Shown: positions 31,249 through 40,960 of the stretch, piece by piece
Layout: each line of letters opens with the position of its first letter
Numbering within the stretch: position 1 is the first letter of the stretch
Source: Arenicellales bacterium
GTDB taxonomy: Bacteria > Pseudomonadota > Gammaproteobacteria > Arenicellales > JAJDZL01
Direction: 5' to 3'
Assembly: GCA_965200645.1 (NCBI GenBank)
Contig: CBDAUN010000003.1
Coordinates: 1,472,968 to 1,536,967, forward strand
DNA: 64,000 bases
The notes under the pieces: generated by a model
The model's database searches: none
What the model saw: only the letters and a program-made list of their open reading frames with translations
What the model was told of the DNA's origin: nothing
Program-made: the position numbers and the translations under genes

Positions 31249-31902
31249 ATGGACTCAGAAATCGCAAGATATAACATGGTTGAACAACAAATTCGACCGT
31301 GGAGTGTGCTTGATCGCAGGATATTGGATGTGGTGATGGCGGTCTCGCGGGAAAATTTCGTTCCCGAAAAACACCGAAATTTGGCGTTCGCCGATATGAG
31401 CCTGCCTATCGGCTGCAATCAAGTGATGATGCAACCTAAAGTGGAGGCTCGTCTAGTACAGGCTTTGCAACCAAAATCAACCGAACAGGTATTGGAAATC
31501 GGTACCGGGAGCGGTCATATGGCCGCCTTGCTCGCAAATTTGGCACGCCACGTTCAAACAGTAGAAATTCGCGAACAATTAGCCAAGACTGCAAGACAAA
31601 ATCTAGACAGTCATAAAATTGACAATGTCGACATTTACATTGGAGATGGTGCATCCAGGTGGGACGCCGGTTTCACGCCCGACTGTATAGTGATATCCGG
31701 TGCTGTTCCTGAATTGCCCCAAAGCTATCGATCCATAATGGCCATAGGCGGTCGATTGGTTGCTATCGTCGGGCGAGACCCAATCATGAATGCCATACTT
31801 GTCGAGCGACTGAGTGAGGCGTCCTGGGATACTACCTACTTATTCGAAACTCATCTTCCCTATTTAGATAATGTTGAAGTCAAGACAGATTTTGTCTTTT
31901 AG
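31249..31902 (+). CDS. protein-L-isoaspartate O-methyltransferase-like methyltransferase (tolC-linked paralogue)
   Basis: 217 aa. SAM motif VLEIGTGSGHMAALLA. Located immediately upstream of tolC. Confidence 0.7.
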   Translation: MDSEIARYNMVEQQIRPWSVLDRRILDVVMAVSRENFVPEKHRNLAFADMSLPIGCNQVMMQPKVEARLVQALQPKSTEQVLEIGTGSGHMAALLANLARHVQTVEIREQLAKTARQNLDSHKIDNVDIYIGDGASRWDAGFTPDCIVISGAVPELPQSYRSIMAIGGRLVAIVGRDPIMNAILVERLSEASWDTTYLFETHLPYLDNVEVKTDFVF

Positions 31903-31903
31903 A

Positions 31904-33190
31904 ATGTTTACTAAGGCAGTGTTACGCAAACACTTTTTTGCGTTCGCACTAATCTCATTACCCCATTTGGCACATTCCGCTGATTTATTGGAAGTGCTGG
32001 ACTTGGCACTTGAGAATGATGCGAACTTAAGAGCGGCACGCATTTCAACAGATGCTAGTCAACTTCTTCCCGATATCGCAAAGACTTACGCCTATCCAAG
32101 TTTGAGTTTGTCTGCTTCGGAAATTAAGGAAAGAAAACCGATGTCACGCTTTAGAGGCACTGAAGGTGAAGTGACTGTTCGCCAACCTCTTTGGAATGCA
32201 GTTGTGGGGGCTGGATTGGAAGTTGCGGAAGCCCAAGCAGGAGTCGCTAGATTGTATCTGCGAAGAGCCGAACAAGGTTTGTATGCGCGAGTTGCAGAAA
32301 GTTATTTTCGGGTTCTTGCTGCAGAGGACAACTTGAAAACCGTAGACAGCGAGGTTAAAGCTACCGAAGAATTTCGTGATTTGGCGTTTGACCGATTTGA
32401 TGCTAAACTCGGAACACTGCTAGACCTGAATGATGCTGAGGCAAGATTCAGCCAAGTGAAGGCTGCAAGAATTCAGGCCGACCATGAGACTGTATCTTCA
32501 AAGGTTGCACTGACGGAAATTACCAACACGGAAATTGGAAAACTCAATGCACTTGCCGAAGATGCCAATATCTCCAATCCGAATCCCAATGACCTCAATT
32601 GGTGGCTGGAAACGGCACTTCAGAACAATCTTGAAATAGCAATTGCCACAGCCGAAGTAGAGCAAGCACTGGCAAACATTGACGTCGAAAGATCTCTGGG
32701 GCAGATACGCTTTGACCTGGTAGCCTCTCACAATAAATCCCTTTCCGGAGATCACTTACGATCAAACCGTGACTTTGTTTCAGTGGTAGCATCCTATCCT
32801 GTATTTCAAGGCGGTTTGGTACAAAAGCGTACAATGCAGGCAGCTATCCAGCATGAGTCGTCACTGGAAGCGCTGGAAGCGGTAAAGAGATCCGTAACCA
32901 GTCAGACATCAAGTGCTTTTTTAGACATCATTCGAAGCGTCAACCAAGTCAAAGCCTTGCAAGATGCATTAGTCGCAAGCGAAAGCTCATTGAAGGCAAG
33001 GGAAGAAGGATATAACGCAGGTATTTTTACAACTTTGGATGTGCTGAATGCACAGCGTGACAAATTTACTGTCGAACGAAATCTCAATCAGGCAAAATAC
33101 TCGCACTTTTTGAGCATAGTTCGCTTGGAAAGTCTCGCCGGAACACTTGATCGTGCCGATTTTGAAGCCCTAAACGAATCGCTGAACTAA
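31904..33190 (+). CDS. tolC: TolC-family outer membrane channel
   Basis: Signal peptide ending AHSADLLEV, with two TolC repeat halves. The ATG at 31904 directly follows the stop of the upstream gene (the ORF track starts at 31871). Confidence 0.85.
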   Translation: MFTKAVLRKHFFAFALISLPHLAHSADLLEVLDLALENDANLRAARISTDASQLLPDIAKTYAYPSLSLSASEIKERKPMSRFRGTEGEVTVRQPLWNAVVGAGLEVAEAQAGVARLYLRRAEQGLYARVAESYFRVLAAEDNLKTVDSEVKATEEFRDLAFDRFDAKLGTLLDLNDAEARFSQVKAARIQADHETVSSKVALTEITNTEIGKLNALAEDANISNPNPNDLNWWLETALQNNLEIAIATAEVEQALANIDVERSLGQIRFDLVASHNKSLSGDHLRSNRDFVSVVASYPVFQGGLVQKRTMQAAIQHESSLEALEAVKRSVTSQTSSAFLDIIRSVNQVKALQDALVASESSLKAREEGYNAGIFTTLDVLNAQRDKFTVERNLNQAKYSHFLSIVRLESLAGTLDRADFEALNESLN

Positions 33191-33199
33191 GCGCCTGGC

Positions 33200-34462
33200 T
33201 TAAAACGACAAGTTTTCCATTGTACGCTGCAAGGCACCGCGATTTGCTCCCAGCAGCCTCTGACCATTTTCTACCGTTGTCCATCTGAGAGCTGCGTCAT
33301 CCAGATAGGACTTAATTGCCCTAAAGATTCCTTCAGCATCAGAAACCTGTTTACCGGCACCAATCTGATTGACTAACTCTGCAACCTCTGAAAAGTTTGA
33401 CATGTGAGGTCCAAAAATAACTGGCCTGCGTGCGATTATTGGTTCTAGAACATTGTGTCCGCCAACATCGACAAAGCTTCCGCCAACAATGGCAATGTCT
33501 GCAGCACTAAAAAACTCCATTAGTTCTCCCATGGAGTCCACCAGCACTATATCTATTGCGTTGTCTTGCAAGGAATTATTCCACTGAGTACGTCGTAATA
33601 TTTGGTAGTCTGATTTGTTGAGTTGTGCATAAACAGAGTCAAATCGCTCCGGATGGCGCGGCACCACAATACAAACCAGATCTGCATACTCGCTCCGCAG
33701 CCGTTCGAACACTTCCAAAACTATCCTTTCTTCGCCTTCGTGCGAGCTGCCCAGAATCATTGTGGGTCTACTCCCCCAACGTTCGCGCAAAGTTGCACCT
33801 CGTTGTTCAAGGTCTTTCACTACTGCGGTTTCGAACTTTAAGTTTCCAGTGACGTGAACTCGAGAACTATCCACCCCCAAAGCCTCAATACGGTCACGGT
33901 CGGACTTGGTTTGGACATTGAATGACTTGACGTCGCTTGTCACAAATTTGAACAGTGATTTAGATCGTTGAGCCAAACGATAGGTTCGGTCAGATAGTCG
34001 CATGTTTGCAAAACTGACGGGAATGCCCATTTTTGCACTGACTCTAATTAAATTTGGCCATAGTTCAGTTTCCAGGATGATCAAGGCTCTGGGATTTACT
34101 CTGGACAGGAAATTCGTAACAAACACACCTGCATCGATAGGTGCATAACAGCAAGCAACAGAATCCTTAAATTTCTTTTGAATCTGGACGAAGCCGGTGG
34201 GCGTGACGCAACTGATAACAACTTGGTGATCGTTCTTCAGTAGCTCATCAACCAGTACGGCAGCTGCGTTGACTTCGCCTACCGACACCGCATGAACCCA
34301 AATTGGATTTTGAGAACTGATCTTCGGAGCGAAGCCAAATCTTTGCGAGAATCGATTGAAATAAACGGAACGCCGAAATCCCTTGAACAAGTACCTAGCG
34401 AGGATGACCGGTAAAAGCAAATACATGGCCGCATTGTAGAGTCGGAATGCAGCGTGGCCCAT
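33200..34462 (-). CDS. waaA: 3-deoxy-D-manno-octulosonic acid (Kdo) transferase
   Basis: 420 aa. WVHAVSVGE and ETELWPN are WaaA/KdtA N-terminal motifs, followed by a GT-B C-terminal domain. Confidence 0.9.
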   Translation of the reverse strand: MGHAAFRLYNAAMYLLLPVILARYLFKGFRRSVYFNRFSQRFGFAPKISSQNPIWVHAVSVGEVNAAAVLVDELLKNDHQVVISCVTPTGFVQIQKKFKDSVACCYAPIDAGVFVTNFLSRVNPRALIILETELWPNLIRVSAKMGIPVSFANMRLSDRTYRLAQRSKSLFKFVTSDVKSFNVQTKSDRDRIEALGVDSSRVHVTGNLKFETAVVKDLEQRGATLRERWGSRPTMILGSSHEGEERIVLEVFERLRSEYADLVCIVVPRHPERFDSVYAQLNKSDYQILRRTQWNNSLQDNAIDIVLVDSMGELMEFFSAADIAIVGGSFVDVGGHNVLEPIIARRPVIFGPHMSNFSEVAELVNQIGAGKQVSDAEGIFRAIKSYLDDAALRWTTVENGQRLLGANRGALQRTMENLSF

Positions 34463-34470
34463 AATTAAAC

Positions 34471-35382
34471 TTAACTTGCGTTTAGCCAGTCTCTCGGCTG
34501 CAAAAATACTTCGTACAATTGGTGCTCTGGCGTGTCCTTCTGTGGGGTCCAGTTATAGTTCCAAACCACCTTGGGCGGGAGCGACATCAGTATGGATTCG
34601 GTTCTGCCGCCGGACTGCAATCCGAACAAAGTCCCGCGGTCGTAGACTAAATTAAATTCCACATAACGTCCACGGCGGTAGAGTTGAAACTCCCGCTCTC
34701 GCTGAGTGTAAGGGGTAGCGACTCGGCGCTCTACAATTGGAACATAACCCTTTAGAAACTGGCGCCCAACACTTTGTACAAATTGGAAACTTTGGATAAA
34801 CCCACCTGTGGTGTAGTTATCAAAAAACAATCCGCCAATCCCTCGCGGTTCCTGACGGTGTTTTAAGTAGAAGTAGTTGTCACACGCTTGTTTGAGTGTT
34901 TCGTAAAGTCTTTCACCGAAACCATCACAAGCGTCGTGGGCAATTTGATGCCAGTGCACGGCATCTTCCTCAAAACCATAGTATGGCGTCAGGTCAAATC
35001 CGCCACCAAACCACCAGTGTTGGTTACCGACCTGGATGTAGCGAACATTCATGTGAACGGTCGGAACGTAGGGATTTTCAGGATGGCACACTACTGAGAC
35101 GCCAGTCGCAGTAAACGGCGAATCACTTAATTCACTTCTGTGCTGGGTGGCTGCAACCGGGAGACGATCACCGGTGATTGAGGAAAAATTAACGCCAGCT
35201 TTCTCAAATACCTTGCCGTTTTCCAGTATTCGGCTGACTCCCCCTCCGCCTTCTTTATGTACCCATGTATCTTGTACGAACTTCCTATCACCATCTAGAA
35301 GTTCGAGGCTCTCGCAAATAGCTGACTGAAGTGCCTGAAAGTACGTCTCAGCTTGATGCAAACACGAGCTGTTTTGGTTCAC
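34471..35382 (-). CDS. hemF: oxygen-dependent coproporphyrinogen III oxidase
   Basis: 303 aa. [43 protein letters not shown]. Confidence 0.92.
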   Translation of the reverse strand: MNQNSSCLHQAETYFQALQSAICESLELLDGDRKFVQDTWVHKEGGGGVSRILENGKVFEKAGVNFSSITGDRLPVAATQHRSELSDSPFTATGVSVVCHPENPYVPTVHMNVRYIQVGNQHWWFGGGFDLTPYYGFEEDAVHWHQIAHDACDGFGERLYETLKQACDNYFYLKHRQEPRGIGGLFFDNYTTGGFIQSFQFVQSVGRQFLKGYVPIVERRVATPYTQREREFQLYRRGRYVEFNLVYDRGTLFGLQSGGRTESILMSLPPKVVWNYNWTPQKDTPEHQLYEVFLQPRDWLNAS

Positions 35383-35403
35383 TGCGCAATACCTACCTAT
35401 TGC

Positions 35404-35961
35404 CTAGCCGGCACGAATCACTCGCCCGGTTTTGGCATCCCGAATCTCTGTGGGCCTGCGCTGTTTTCCAATGGCGCCACGAACCACAAAATCTAGTTCG
35501 TTACCAAACGACTGTACGACTCTAGTACTGCTTCGCAACGGCAGCGCGCCATGACGATTGGCGCTGGTGGATACCAATGGATAACCAAGGACGCGACACA
35601 ACTGAGCAGCAATGGGGTGTGCGGTAACCCGGACAGCGACCGACAGATTCGCATTTACAGCAAAGTTCTTCACTCTTGGTTTGGCCGGAAAGATCCAAGT
35701 AAAGGGTCCTGGCCAGGTGGCAAGCGGCTCTCGAAGGGTGGTTTGATCCGCAACATCCAAAAATGGAAGCAACTGTTCAATTCGATCAGAGATTAGGATA
35801 AACCCCATTCCTGCTGGACGACCCTTGATGTGTAAGATTCGCTGCACCGCAGTACGATCGGATGGATTGCAACCAATGCCAAAGCAAGCTTCCGTTGGAT
35901 AAGCTATAACACCGCCTTGATTGACAACTCTAACAGCCTGCCCGGTGTCGATTAAACTCAA
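35404..35961 (-). CDS. tsaC: L-threonylcarbamoyladenylate synthase (TsaC/YrdC type)
   Basis: 185 aa. GGVIAYPTEACFGIGC, GPFTWIF, STSANRHG. Confidence 0.85.
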   Translation of the reverse strand: MSLIDTGQAVRVVNQGGVIAYPTEACFGIGCNPSDRTAVQRILHIKGRPAGMGFILISDRIEQLLPFLDVADQTTLREPLATWPGPFTWIFPAKPRVKNFAVNANLSVAVRVTAHPIAAQLCRVLGYPLVSTSANRHGALPLRSSTRVVQSFGNELDFVVRGAIGKQRRPTEIRDAKTGRVIRAG

Positions 35962-35969
35962 AACTGAAA

Positions 35970-36491
35970 TTAACTAGAAGTCCTTTCCACCAGTTGACGA
36001 TTCTTTTCGAGTACAGCAGCAGTATTGTTCTCTCGGTCTGTTTGAATGGTCTTCGCAACAGTCTCATCACCTAAAGCAACAATTCTTGCGGCCAAATAGG
36101 CAGCATTTTTTGCACCTGCTTTTCCCACTGCGACACATGCCACCGGCACTCCACCGGGCATTTGCACGGTAGCCAGCAGCGCATCCATCCCTCCCAATCC
36201 GCCGGCATCGAGTGGAACTCCAATAACTGGTCTTAATGTATGCGCAGCAACTGCACCCGCGAGGTGTGCTGCTAAACCCGCAGCGGCGATAAACACCGCA
36301 CAGCCTCGCTGTTCTGCATCCAAGATATAGTCGCGAGTTTGTACTGGAGTTCTATGAGCCGAGAGGATCCGTGCTTCCCACTGTATGCCCAAATGATCCA
36401 GTGCATCAAGTGTGGACTGCATTACACCAAGATCCGAGTCGGAGCCCATCATTACTGATACGAAAGCATTACCTGCATTAGTGTTTGACAT
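35970..36491 (-). CDS. purE: N5-carboxyaminoimidazole ribonucleotide mutase
   Basis: [25 protein letters not shown]. 173 aa. Confidence 0.92.
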   Translation of the reverse strand: MSNTNAGNAFVSVMMGSDSDLGVMQSTLDALDHLGIQWEARILSAHRTPVQTRDYILDAEQRGCAVFIAAAGLAAHLAGAVAAHTLRPVIGVPLDAGGLGGMDALLATVQMPGGVPVACVAVGKAGAKNAAYLAARIVALGDETVAKTIQTDRENNTAAVLEKNRQLVERTSS

Positions 36492-36722
36492 AAATTATTC
36501 CTGAGTTAAGAGTGCGCCGCTAGATAGCGAATTTTGAAAATTATACGCCCTTGTAGCGATTATCGGCTTGCGTCATGTCTGAAATAAGTAGACTGTTGCT
36601 GTAGGCGTTTTTGTAGGGATGTTCTACACTGAAACTACCGTAATACGTGAAAAACGACTAATTTCTAAAGTGCAATATGCCGAAAGACATTGATGTCCAT
36701 TCGACTCTATGGCCGAGTGGCT

Positions 36723-37937
36723 TTAAACTGCTCGGTGCCCAATATCCGTTCGGTAATGCATGTCTTCGAACGAAATCTTTTGTAATGACCGATAAGCTAT
36801 TGCCTGTGCGTCCGCAATCCCATCCCCAAGTGCTGTAACACATAGAACCCTGCCGCCATTAACCACCAACTGGCCTTTGGGATCAATCATCGTACCTGCA
36901 TGGAAAATCTTTACATTTGAATCGGTTATCGAATCGACACCTTGGATTACTGTACCTTTTTTAAATTCTCCCGGATAACCGCCAGCTGTTGCAACTACAC
37001 CGAGGCTCGCTCGCGGGTCCCACTGCGTCTCTGTGCTGCTGAAGCCTTCACCCGCACCTTCCAGGCACATTTCAACGAGAGACGTCTTAAGGCGCATCAG
37101 GAGGGGTTGGGTCTCAGGATCGCCCAAGCGACAATTAAACTCTAACACTCGTATCTGACCATCGGTTCCAATCATCAAGCCAGCATATAGAAAACCCTTG
37201 TATTCAATTCCCTCTTCTCGCAGCCCATCAATGGTTGGTTGAATAATCGTATCAACAACTTGCATTTGCATTGCATCATTCAGAACAGAAGCGGGTGAAT
37301 ACGCTCCCATGCCGCCGGTGTTGGGACCCTCATCTCCATCATAAGCAGCCTTATGATCCTGTGCAGCAGCCATTGCAATAATCCTTTTGCCATCAACCAT
37401 GCAAATAAAACTAGCCTCTTCACCCTCTAAAAACTCTTCAACCAATATTCGGTTACCCGCTGCACCAAATGTTTTCTTCACCAATATTTGGTGTGCTGCA
37501 AATTTAGCTTCCTTTGTGTTGCGAGCTATAACTACGCCCTTTCCAGCAGCCAACCCATCGGCTTTGATCACTAAAGGCGGTTTCTTGGAATCGATAAAAT
37601 CGTATGCTTCATGCACGTTGGAAAAGGCCCGAAAACGAGCTAGCGGGATACCGTGACGTTCCATGAATGACTTTGCAAACAGTTTGGATCCCTCAAGTCG
37701 TGCTGCCTTTTGAGTTGGTCCAAAGCAAAGTAACCCCGCCTCCTTAAACCGATCAGTGATGCCGTTAACAAGCGGAATTTCTGGACCGACAATGGTCAGA
37801 TCCAATTTTTTGCTCGATGCAAATGCAACGAGTTGGTCGATATCGTTTGAGTTAATATTAACGTTGGTGGTATTGAGTTCGGATGCTGTTCCGATATTTC
37901 CGGGGGCGACGTAGATATTGTCCACTAGTGGTGACAA
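36723..37937 (-). CDS. purD: phosphoribosylamine-glycine ligase
   Basis: ATP-grasp PurD motifs throughout. The track start is a TTG at 37937, but the conserved N-terminus NVLIVGSGGREHAIAWKVS is encoded in frame upstream (37938-37997) with no ATG/GTG/TTG. See the purD finding. Confidence 0.92.
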   Translation of the reverse strand: MSPLVDNIYVAPGNIGTASELNTTNVNINSNDIDQLVAFASSKKLDLTIVGPEIPLVNGITDRFKEAGLLCFGPTQKAARLEGSKLFAKSFMERHGIPLARFRAFSNVHEAYDFIDSKKPPLVIKADGLAAGKGVVIARNTKEAKFAAHQILVKKTFGAAGNRILVEEFLEGEEASFICMVDGKRIIAMAAAQDHKAAYDGDEGPNTGGMGAYSPASVLNDAMQMQVVDTIIQPTIDGLREEGIEYKGFLYAGLMIGTDGQIRVLEFNCRLGDPETQPLLMRLKTSLVEMCLEGAGEGFSSTETQWDPRASLGVVATAGGYPGEFKKGTVIQGVDSITDSNVKIFHAGTMIDPKGQLVVNGGRVLCVTALGDGIADAQAIAYRSLQKISFEDMHYRTDIGHRAV

Positions 37938-38019
37938 CGAGACTTTCCATGCTATAGCATGCTCGCGACCACCACTGCCAACAATTAGAACGTTTAATCC
38001 TATGGCTCTAACCCTACAA

Positions 38020-39597
38020 CTAGTGTCTAAAATGTCGCATACCGGTAAAGGTCATGGCTATATTGTATCCATTGGCGTAATCAATAACTTTCGCGTCACT
38101 CACCGAACCTCCAGGCTGAACAACCGCACTTACACCAAATTCCTGGGCCACTTCGAGAGTGTCCGGAAAGGGCATAAATGCATCGGAAGCCATCACCTGT
38201 TCCGGTGAGTCCAGTCCCGAATTACGTGCCTTGTGAACTCCAATGGTTGCCGAATCTACGCGACTACTTTGTCCGCTGCCGATACCTGTTGTCATCTTAT
38301 TCAATGCGAAAACAATTGCATTAGATTTTACGTGCTTAACCACTTTCCAAGCAAATTCCAAATCCTCCAACTCGCGATCGTTAGGGCGTCGGTCAGTTAC
38401 CACATCCCAAGTTGATTTTGGCTTGATTGCGGTATCTCTATCCTGAATCAACAACCCTCCTGAAATAGACTTCACAGCCGATTCTTTGGTTTTGGGTGGA
38501 TCTAACTGGAACTCCAAAACTCGAACGTTGGTTTTTTGTGAAAATACTTCTGCTGCCTCTTGTGAAACCTTTGTTGCTGCAACTACCTCCACAAATTGTT
38601 GATCAATGATTGCCGCAGCGGTGTCACTGTCAATCTCTCGATTGAATGCAATAATCCCTCCAAAAGCAGAAGTTGGGTCGGTTTTAAATGCCCGCTCGTA
38701 GGCTTGCTTCACTGAAACCGCAGATGCCACGCCGCAGGGTGTACCATGCTTGACGATCACACAGGTCGGCTCGTCAAATTCCCGAACGCATTCGATGGCA
38801 CCATCCGCATCAGCCAAGTTGTTGTATGACAATTCCTTACCCTGAAGCATTTTTGAGTCCAAGAAGTTTCTTTGAGGTTCTCCCTGAAAACCAAAGAACG
38901 CTGCGGACTGATGAGGGTTTTCGCCGTAACGCATAGTTGATTTTTTTACTAAAGATAAATTCAAATAATGCGGAAACTTGTCATTCTCTTCCTGCATTCC
39001 CGCCAGATACTGCGAAATAGAACTGTCGTAGTTTGCAACTTTTGAAAATGCCTTGGCCGCCAGTCGAAATCTAGTCCGTTTACTGATACCTCCGCTCAGA
39101 CCAATCTCTTCTGCAATCCGGTCATAGTCAGCGGGGTCCACCACTACACATGTTGATTCAAAGTTCTTTGCCGCTGCTCGAATCATGCAGGGACCACCAA
39201 TGTCGATGTTCTCAATTGCACCTGCCAAGTCATCGGAGTTATTGGCGATGAATGACTGAAAGGGATACAGATTGACGACAACCAGGTCGATAGGGTTTAT
39301 TTCGTGTGCATCCATTTCTTGCGAATCTTGATCAGTGCGTCCCAATATTCCTCCGTGGACTTTAGGATGCAACGTCTTTACTCGACCTCCCATAATTTCT
39401 GGAAAACCAGTGTAGTGCGAGACATCAATGATGTCGAAATCACGTTCGCGCAAATGCTTTGCTGTACCACCGGTCGATAGTATCTCGACATTTTGATTTG
39501 CTAGAACCTCTGCGAGTTGAACGATACCCGTTTTGTCGGAAACACTGACTAGCGCCCTGCGTACAATCAGCGAATTCTCGGTATTCATATCATTCAT
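38020..39597 (-). CDS. purH: bifunctional AICAR transformylase / IMP cyclohydrolase
   Basis: 525 aa. RRALVSVSDKTG, GGTAKHL, KHGTPCG, and a C-terminal TFTGMRHFRH. Confidence 0.95.
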   Translation of the reverse strand: MNDMNTENSLIVRRALVSVSDKTGIVQLAEVLANQNVEILSTGGTAKHLRERDFDIIDVSHYTGFPEIMGGRVKTLHPKVHGGILGRTDQDSQEMDAHEINPIDLVVVNLYPFQSFIANNSDDLAGAIENIDIGGPCMIRAAAKNFESTCVVVDPADYDRIAEEIGLSGGISKRTRFRLAAKAFSKVANYDSSISQYLAGMQEENDKFPHYLNLSLVKKSTMRYGENPHQSAAFFGFQGEPQRNFLDSKMLQGKELSYNNLADADGAIECVREFDEPTCVIVKHGTPCGVASAVSVKQAYERAFKTDPTSAFGGIIAFNREIDSDTAAAIIDQQFVEVVAATKVSQEAAEVFSQKTNVRVLEFQLDPPKTKESAVKSISGGLLIQDRDTAIKPKSTWDVVTDRRPNDRELEDLEFAWKVVKHVKSNAIVFALNKMTTGIGSGQSSRVDSATIGVHKARNSGLDSPEQVMASDAFMPFPDTLEVAQEFGVSAVVQPGGSVSDAKVIDYANGYNIAMTFTGMRHFRH

Positions 39598-39624
39598 TAC
39601 CTACATCCTTGCATGAACTAGCGC

Positions 39625-39864
39625 TTATGCAATTTTGTATCGGATGAGTTTCTTTTTCAATGTGGTTCTGGTGATTCCAAGAATAGCGGCGGCTTGGGTC
39701 AGATTTCCATCTGTGTGCTTTAAGACAAATTGAAATAAATTTCTTTCCACTTCTTCTATTACCTCGGCATGAAGATTGGACACCTGTTCGTTTTCCATGT
39801 CCTTGAAGTACTGTTTCAAAGAGCGGACGAGATAATGACCTAAAGACTTCTTGAGTTTTCCCAC
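39625..39864 (-). CDS. fis: Fis-family DNA-binding protein
   Basis: 79 aa. The C-terminal HTH GNLTQAAAILGITRTTLKKKLIRY, in the conserved position upstream of purH. GTG start. Confidence 0.8.
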   Translation of the reverse strand: MGKLKKSLGHYLVRSLKQYFKDMENEQVSNLHAEVIEEVERNLFQFVLKHTDGNLTQAAAILGITRTTLKKKLIRYKIA

Positions 39865-40236
39865 AAAAATTCCCGTGTCAACTAAGACGGCGTATTATTT
39901 TCTTATGAAATCGCGAATTCGTTCTACACATCAAATAATTTTGCATTCAACTAGGAACTAATTATCAACTCGCAAAAAAATAGCACAAGACTGTTTGTGC
40001 CCCAATAATTTGCGGATGATTGACTATAACAGTGTCAGAGATTTTATTTTAATCATCATCACCCACCTTTTTGCAAGACTTTGCAAAAATTTAATGAAGA
40101 AAAAGGTCAGCCATTAGCGAGTGTTTGTAGGTACACACAAACTACTAGTCGCTGTCCTGAAATTACAATTTCTCTTTAGCTGGCGCTACGGTAGACTTAG
40201 TTCGAGCCAGGTAGCGGAGCAGTCATTCACCTTTTA

Positions 40237-40902
40237 TTAGTGGACTATAACCATGCGTGAAAACCTAACTGGCAGGATTTTCGTTATGTCAATGCCGGAA
40301 TCATCCTTCTCCAGCAGCACCAAATCTTGAAACTCATCGGGACCGACAGGTATGGTCATTCTTCCGCCAACACGCAACTGATCAATCAGTGGTTGAGGAA
40401 TTTGATCTGCCGATGAAGCGACAATAATTTTGTCAAATGGCGCCAGGTCAGGCAAACCAGCCTGTCCGTTACCAATACGGACCTCAACATTGTCATATTC
40501 CAAGCTCTCGAGAATAGCGGTAGCTTCAACGGCAAGTTCCGAAATTATGTCAATAGTATAGACCTGCCTTGCCAGACGACTCAGTACCGCTGCCTGATAA
40601 CCGAGTCCTGTACCCAATTCCAATACTCGGTCATCAGGTTCAATTTCAAGTAAATCCACCATAAGCGCCACAATAAAGGGTTGCGATATTGTCTTTTCAT
40701 GCCCTATTGGGAGTGGTTGGTCTGAATAGGCGTATTCACGCACCACTTCTGGTACAAAATTGTGCCGAGGCACCTCCATCATGGCCGCATTTACGGTATC
40801 ACTGATTACCGGTCTTCCCGTTTGCCGACCAGAGGTTAAGGCATGCTCGGCAATCGTGTGAATCATTGCTTCACGTTGGTCTCGATATGACACGTCGCTC
40901 AT
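40237..40902 (-). CDS. pcm: protein-L-isoaspartate(D-aspartate) O-methyltransferase
   Basis: 221 aa. ISQPFIVALM, VLELGTGLGYQAAVL, APFDKIIV, GGRMTIPVG align well with canonical Pcm. Confidence 0.85.
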   Translation of the reverse strand: MSDVSYRDQREAMIHTIAEHALTSGRQTGRPVISDTVNAAMMEVPRHNFVPEVVREYAYSDQPLPIGHEKTISQPFIVALMVDLLEIEPDDRVLELGTGLGYQAAVLSRLARQVYTIDIISELAVEATAILESLEYDNVEVRIGNGQAGLPDLAPFDKIIVASSADQIPQPLIDQLRVGGRMTIPVGPDEFQDLVLLEKDDSGIDITKILPVRFSRMVIVH

Positions 40903-40960
40903 CCGTATTCCTTTACTTTATTAATATGCTAACGGTAGGATTACCGTGCCATCAATCAGA

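Noticed and set aside
36700-36745. The string tggccgagtgg resembles the D-arm of tRNA-Ser/Leu.
   Set aside because: No acceptor stem, anticodon arm or GTTCGAATC-type T-arm can be built around it. It lies at the purD stop codon and at most forms a weak 5-bp hairpin (ccgag...ctcgg).
39865-40236. The 370-bp ORF-free region upstream of fis as a possible lost dusB gene or an sRNA locus.
   Set aside because: I could not find any dusB-like reading frame fragments or a convincing structured element. It has only an AT-rich sequence with a duplicated TTGCAA hexamer, so it is probably the fis promoter region.
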